Origin: the human T2T-CHM13v2.0 reference genome, Homo sapiens
Length of the DNA stretch: 64,000 nt
Direction: 5' to 3' (one strand)
NCBI RefSeq assembly: GCF_009914755.1
Contig: NC_060945.1
Below, in pieces: positions 58,101 to 64,000 of the stretch (position 1 is the stretch's first letter; every line of letters starts with the position of its first letter). The notes under the pieces were generated by a model. It had not been told where the DNA came from and did no database searches. It saw only the letters and a program-made list of their open reading frames with translations. A program made the translations under genes and the position numbers.

Positions 58101-60195
58101 TTTGCCCCTCAAAAGAAGTGCATATAACTGCTGTTAGAATAAAGATAAGGATAAAGATGAAGAATGATCTGATGACAGGGGGTGCTGTTTTGGGAACACA
58201 GGAGTCAGAGCTCCCTCAGAGGCCTAACTTTCTCCTGCAAAAGGAGCCATTGTCTGAGGCTCTGATTGCAGACTCCGGTTGCATGACTGGAGTTTGATGG
58301 CCTGAAGGTGACAAGAGACAAACCTCATTATTAGAAAACACGTATCAGAAAGAAACAAGGGGGGTAGAGACAGCTAAAAAATATCAAGGCCTTTTACCGA
58401 TTTGCACACTAAGAGGAAGGCCAAGAGCCCGACTGGTTAAAAAAAAACAGTTTACCCTTTTGCTGGCATGTTAAGCTTCTGGATTCCCTTCCCCTGAGCC
58501 CAATCCTAAACCAACCAGTTTAAGGTTTGGGAAATTAACTTTTCCCAGTTTGGAGGATGCATCTGAGGGGAGTGTCCCATAGTACAGAGACACAATTACC
58601 TAACTGTGAAGAGAGGGCAAAGGAGGAAAAAGAAGGTGTTTTTTTCAAAGGAGTCCCAGGGGTTCAGGATGCCTTAGAAAGGGGTACAGACTGAAGATGA
58701 GGGGCTACTCATCTAGAAAGAGGGGAGCAAGTCATCCCAGGTTCCAGAGATGAAGGAGGGAAATTAAGGCATTCCTCTTTCCTTCTTCCTTTAGTCCCAG
58801 TAACCATGACAGGGTGCCACCCATCGGTGTCAAAGTGGCTCTCACCCATGTTAATAGGGGGCCATGGGGTTCGAATATCTGCTCTTACCCACGTACACCC
58901 TGTCTCCCCTGCTGTCAATAATCTTCGAGTTCCCTAGACCTCATTTATGCCATAGGTACTAGCATTACCTTTATTCATCAAACGGGAGGCTTGGCTTAAT
59001 TGGCAGGAATTAGTAATGCTCCCTGCACTGTGCCTTTTAACTTCCATTATCATCTGCCTCTGGATCCCTCAGATCCAGTTTTCCACCCAACCGCCCCTGG
59101 GGCTTCAACCCAAAGCTTAGAATTGAGTTTGGGACAAAATTGTGTCTTAGGGGGGTTGCATGAACTCCTTATAAGCCAAATGCTAAGGTAAAGCTGTGGA
59201 ATTGAGTCCTCCTCCAACAAAGGAGAAAAAAAATGTCTTCTGACACACACAGATGACTGGTGGCTACAGTTATGCTTGCTAAGATTTGGGTGCATGGGAT
59301 TTGGCTTTGGTTAGCTCCCTCAGTCTTACTTTCCCAAAAAGGTAACCTCAGGATTTTGGCACACTGTTTTTTTCCATCATTTCACAGGATTTGCAGGATA
59401 ATTGCTCAGAACTAGAATATTGATCCAGATTTTTACATTACCAATTCCTTTCATTCTTTCTGAGCTGCAGCTAAAGATCACTGGTTTGTTCATAGGAATA
59501 ACCAGGGTTAGTTTAAAATGTAGGCAAGAAACTTAAAAATAACTAATGAGTTAAGAATTTAATGACAAATGTATGGTAAGTTTTGAAACATAATTTCTCT
59601 CTCTTCAGTCCTCATTTCTGTTAAAAACAAATCATGACAGGACTGAGTTGTTTGGAAAATAGAGTTTAGTTTTATACTTGGCCTGATTATTTGCATAAAG
59701 TGCAGCAAGAATAATTATTTCTACATAGGCTTTTAAAATTGGCTTTGATGGAAATCTGTTCTAGAAGGGATCTCAGATAGGACTTTCTAAAGTGGAGCCC
59801 AGACATGGGTTTGTACCCTCAAATACCTGTGAATTGAGTGAACTCCTCTCTTCTTGAGGTGCCAAAAACATGGGGTTCCTGGGCCTTTTAGAAAGTGACA
59901 TACTTTACTCACCACAGGTTTAGAAACCATGTATGGGAAATGCGTAGACAAAGCATGAGGCAAGTTTTCCCAAGGGGCTTTTATCAGCTCTGCAAGTAGA
60001 GCTTGACTCCTTAAAGGGAAGCATATCATTCCAGTGAAAGCCTTCATAAAATGACCAGTTTCTCCAATTGCGTCCTGTTACAAAAGAAGGTGGATTCTTA
60101 TTGCACTGATGCAAACAATTGTATGCCATAAGTTAAGAATATTCACAACTAGTTTCCAAACTCTGGAGAAGCCAAGCAAAGAGAGAGAGAAAGAA

Positions 60196-60470
60196 GGTCA
60201 GGCGTGGTGGCTCACGCTTGTAATCCCAGCACTTTGGGAGACTGAGGCGGGTGGATCATGAGGTCAAGAGAGCGAGACCATCCTGGCCAACATGGTGAAA
60301 CCCCATCTCTACTAAAAATACAAAAATTAGCTGGGTGTGGTGGTGTGCACCTGTAGTTGCAGCTAACCTGGAGGCTGAGGCAGGAGAATTACCTGAACTG
60401 GGGAGGCAGAGGTTGCACAACTGCACTCCAGCCTGGCAACAGAGTGAGACTCTGTCTCAAAAACAAAATA
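60196..60470 (+). mobile_element. AluSc inside provirus
   Basis: gaggtcaagag and cctggcaac diagnostics; (TA)n after tail. Confidence 0.92.
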
Positions 60471-62389
60471 TATATATATATATATGACCTCAGGAAAATT
60501 AAACCTCATTTTGGCAACCCCAAATACTTAAACATGTCAGGTAATCCTGTTTAGCTCCTTTCTGGATCCTCCAGGGGCTCTCTGTAGAAGACTCTGTGGG
60601 CACATGGCACATGGCAATGAATACTGGCCATCCTGCTGTGTGGGACCTTTGGGCCATGAGTCTCAGCCATGGCTGGCAGGGAAGAGAGTGGGAAGCCATC
60701 AATTTTGGCAGAACACCCCCAATATTGCAAATGAAAAGATAGGTGCCATTACAGTCCTGAAGAAAAGGAAAATGCCATAGAAAAGACTGGATCAGATCAA
60801 GGCTGACATATCAGACCCTTGAGAGCAAGCCAAGCATCTGGAAAGACAATTTTGAAAGTGAAGTTTGATTTGAGGAAGCCTGTTAAACATGTTAGAGGTT
60901 TAAAAGACTTGATGTTATGAAATAGAATTCCAGATTACCAGAAATTATTTATTTTGCCAAAATGATGACTCAAATTTTTTTTTAAAAAACAAAAACATTT
61001 TATAAGCCTTTTAAATTTAGTCAACGTTCACACACAGAATTTCTTTTGCAAGATTAATTTCTTAAGGAACTTTCCATATCTTGTTTAAACTTTTAGCTTT
61101 ATATTATCTACTTAAAAAAACTTCTTTAACCCCAGGCAAAAATTTACATTTTGGTGACATCTACATTTTACCAATAATCTTTAAGTTTGCTTTTATTTCA
61201 TGAAGATTAAAGTCACCTGAACCAACAGGTACCACAGCTTTATCTTCCATTTAAAAAGTATTTGAGCTAAGCACTTATTTTCCTTTTAAGCCAATTAATT
61301 AGAGCTCCTTTGATAGACATCACACACAACACATATGTAACTACACAGACAGAAGAAGATCCAGTTGCGATAAGATTTTTTGTTTGCCAATCTCCTAATT
61401 GGATTATAGGCTTCCAGGTGGAGCCCTTTAACTGTAAGGGTAGGAAAGTATGCAGTTTCTAGGGCCCAATACACAAGTATAGCTGGAAGACAAACACGAA
61501 TTTTTAGAAGAATCCATCTGCCTCTAATTCCTGGGGCTCCATGAGGTAAACAGAGGTCTCTCACAAAGGAATCCATGGTGCCTTTTCTGTTTTTCCCAAG
61601 GAGTCCCAAGCCATCAGAAATTATCTTAGGGTCCCTAATGTGTGCATTAGGAGCGCCAAGACAAAATGGAGAAAAATAATTCAGTCAACTGAGAAAAAAA
61701 CCTTTTTCCAGCAAAACAAGATCCAAGAAGAGAAAAACATAAAAGCCTTTTAAATATACCTATAACTTGGATACCCACTATTAATTAAGCTGATCATTCT
61801 TTAAGAAAATACTTTTAAAACCTTTATTACCCCACTTTAGCTGATGCCAAGCGGACAATATTTTTGGCTTTCACATTTTACCAAAGGTAACCTCCCAGGT
61901 GCTCAGAGAACCCTCCCAGGTTCATGGAGGGGAAGAAAATCAATAAATGGCAAAGTTCATGCATATATCAAACCAGAAAGGACTCATTCCTTAGGCCAGG
62001 ATTGAATACTGGCTGCCACTGTAAAATGGCAGAGGCTAAAACAAAGCACTACCACATGGTTCTCCCAAGGATATAAAACAAGCTAGAGGCCTACAGCAAA
62101 GTTTGCTACTGACCAGTTTACCAGGCTAATTTTAACAGAGGGCTTATGGAGTCCGAGGCCCACATCCCATCCTAAGGTACCTGTCTTTTTGACAGAACCA
62201 TACAGGAAGACATGCAAAGCACATCAGATTGGTTAAAGTCTAAGACCAACCTCACAAATCCTTTTTCATACTCAAAACTTTGCAGAGAATATAAACAGTG
62301 ATAGTTGGGGTCCTGGCCTAGTAAAACATCTTCTAAAAGGAAAAAAGCCTCTGCCATAGAGAGCCCTCTCTACTTGCAGGGCTGTGTTA

Positions 62390-62463
62390 TTAGGTTGGTG
62401 CAAAAGCAATCACCTCCCCTGCCATCTAAGTAATGGCAAAAACCACAACTGCTTTGCACCAAT
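62390..62463. mobile_element. MADE1 MITE inside provirus
   Basis: ttaggttggtgcaaaagcaatc...taatggcaaaaaccacaactgctttgcaccaa, preceded by TA. Confidence 0.85.
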
Positions 62464-62985
62464 ACACCAACTCCTGACCTGGTGGAAAAAAAGTTAAAAA
62501 AAAAAGTTTAAATTGCAGGGCTGCAAGGATTCTTGGGGTTTGAACCTCTTATTCTTATGTGAGTGGGTTCCTCCAATAGGGAGAGAAACTTTTAATTGCT
62601 GTTGAACTGAGCTGGACCTCTCGGTCAGGCAAGGGGAAGACTCTGTGGGCACATGGCAAGGAATGCTGGCCAGCCTGCCACATCGGGCCCTTGGGCCATG
62701 AGTCTCAGCCGTGCCTGGCAGGGAAGAGATTGGGAAGCTGCCAATTTTGGCAGAACACTGTCAATATTGCAAATGAAAAGATAGGTGCCATTACAGTCCT
62801 GAAATAAAGGAGAATGCCATAGAAAAGACTGGATCAGATCGAGGCTGATATCAGACCCCTGAGAGCAACACCCTGGGATAGGGGGATGCAGCTTTCTCTA
62901 CCCTCAGAAGTCTGAGGACAAGAAGGCTCAGAAATGAGAGGGGAAAAGATTTTTTTGGTCCACACTTTACTCATCTTTCATCATG

Positions 62986-63003
62986 TCCCTGTACAGGCCA
63001 CCA
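62986..63003 (-). other. Primer-binding site complementary to tRNA-Ile(AAU)
   Basis: Minus strand TGGTGGCCTGTACAGGGA vs TGGTGGCCCGTACGGGGA, 16/18, both mismatches CpG-type. Confidence 0.85.
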
Positions 63004-63006
63004 AAA

Positions 63007-63429
63007 TGATGCAGGGTTTTTTGCTCCTTAGTTCAGCTAAAATCTGGCTTTTAGTGTCACAACCAGGGAAAATGAGGCACAGAGACACACTGAAAGGTGA
63101 GGAGAGCAGAATTTAATAAAAGAAAGGTCTCTGTATAAAAAAGGGGTCCTGCCAACAGGCTCCCTCCTCACAGACTGAATACCAGGCCACCACCACACTG
63201 CGAGCTGCAGAGGCCAGGCTCCTCCCACCTGCCTAAGGTGTGAATTCCTGCTGGCTCCACCCTATTCTCCCCGTGTGCAGGCAAGCCCTCAGTCTGAGCC
63301 ACTCCGCATTGATTTACTTCCCTTACTGCGCATGTGTTAAGAGACAGAATTTTTCACTATGGGCATGGTTAGGCAAGCCCCCTGTGCACAATCACCTGGG
63401 CAGGATTTGGCTGTCTCCTGTCTTTATCG
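63007..63429 (-). mobile_element. 5' LTR (MER61 family)
   Basis: tgatgcagg...ggctgtctcctgtctttatcg; homologous to 57683-58100. Confidence 0.88.
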
Positions 63430-64000
63430 ATATGAGGGTTAAGAAAATTCACAAAGAGAATATCCCTCTCGCATCATCGATACATTTTGGTGAAATGTTC
63501 AGTGGCACATATCTTCCAGGACCTTGCTAAACATACTTTTGCTAAGCCAATCACTTTTAAGGTGTATTTCTGGCTATAAAGCATTTAAAAAAGGTTCCGT
63601 GTTATCCTGGATTTTTATTTGATACTTATTTATACACTTTAATGTTATCGGTCATAAGATTGTATGCTATCATTTTGTGGATCACTATTCATACAGAGAA
63701 AACAAATTTACAGGTGAAATTCTGCAGAAGACATTTGGTGAAATCACATTTTATGCAAGAATGTACAATTAATGTTCCATCACTAAAATAAGAATATGCT
63801 ACCTCCCTTTGAAATATGGAATACATTTTAAAATAAATAACTCAGATGAAGAAGCATAATATTGAGATGGCATTATCAGTAAGTTTTATCCAAAAGTTAT
63901 AAATCATGTTTCACCTGAATGTATTTAACCTATTCCAATGCTCCCATTATGTTTGAATAATGGAGCAAAATCACATATTTCCACTGATTCATTAGTCTTT

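Larger units (their letters stand above)
57683..63429 (-). mobile_element. MER61-type ERV1 (MER4-group) non-autonomous provirus with two LTRs
   Basis: Paired ~420-bp LTRs (57683-58100, 63007-63429); polypurine tract (PPT) gaggggcaaa abutting the 3' LTR; PBS next to the 5' LTR; TSD acat/atat; no long gag/pol/env ORF. Confidence 0.9.

Noticed and set aside
58101-62985. gag/pol/env coding potential in the provirus
   Set aside because: No long ORFs or retroviral motifs in the ORF track; consistent with a non-autonomous MER4-group element

Overview
AT-rich, repeat-dense primate (very likely human) non-coding DNA, either intergenic or deep intronic. I found no credible protein-coding exon, RNA gene or CRISPR array. 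The ORF-track entries I could assign fall in Alu, L1, LTR or low-complexity sequence. Content: about 17 Alu/FLAM copies including a young AluYa5-lineage insertion; several L1 relics including a nested L1 mosaic at ~44.5-53.6 kb; MaLR/ERVL LTRs (MSTA, MSTB, MLT1A, LTR16); a CpG-rich solo LTR12C inserted into MSTB; an LTR28-like LTR; a two-LTR MER61-type non-autonomous ERV1 provirus with a tRNA-Ile primer-binding site (PBS), an internal leader duplication and an embedded MADE1; DNA transposons (MADE1, MER47B, MER58A); and L2/MIR. Signals outside repeats are a strong CTCF motif, a dense TGACA (TALE homeodomain) motif cluster and a knot of interlocking inverted repeats. Repeat subfamily names come from recalled consensus sequences and need RepeatMasker/Dfam confirmation. 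I cannot support a wholly new biological system here; the best leads are candidate regulatory and structural features.
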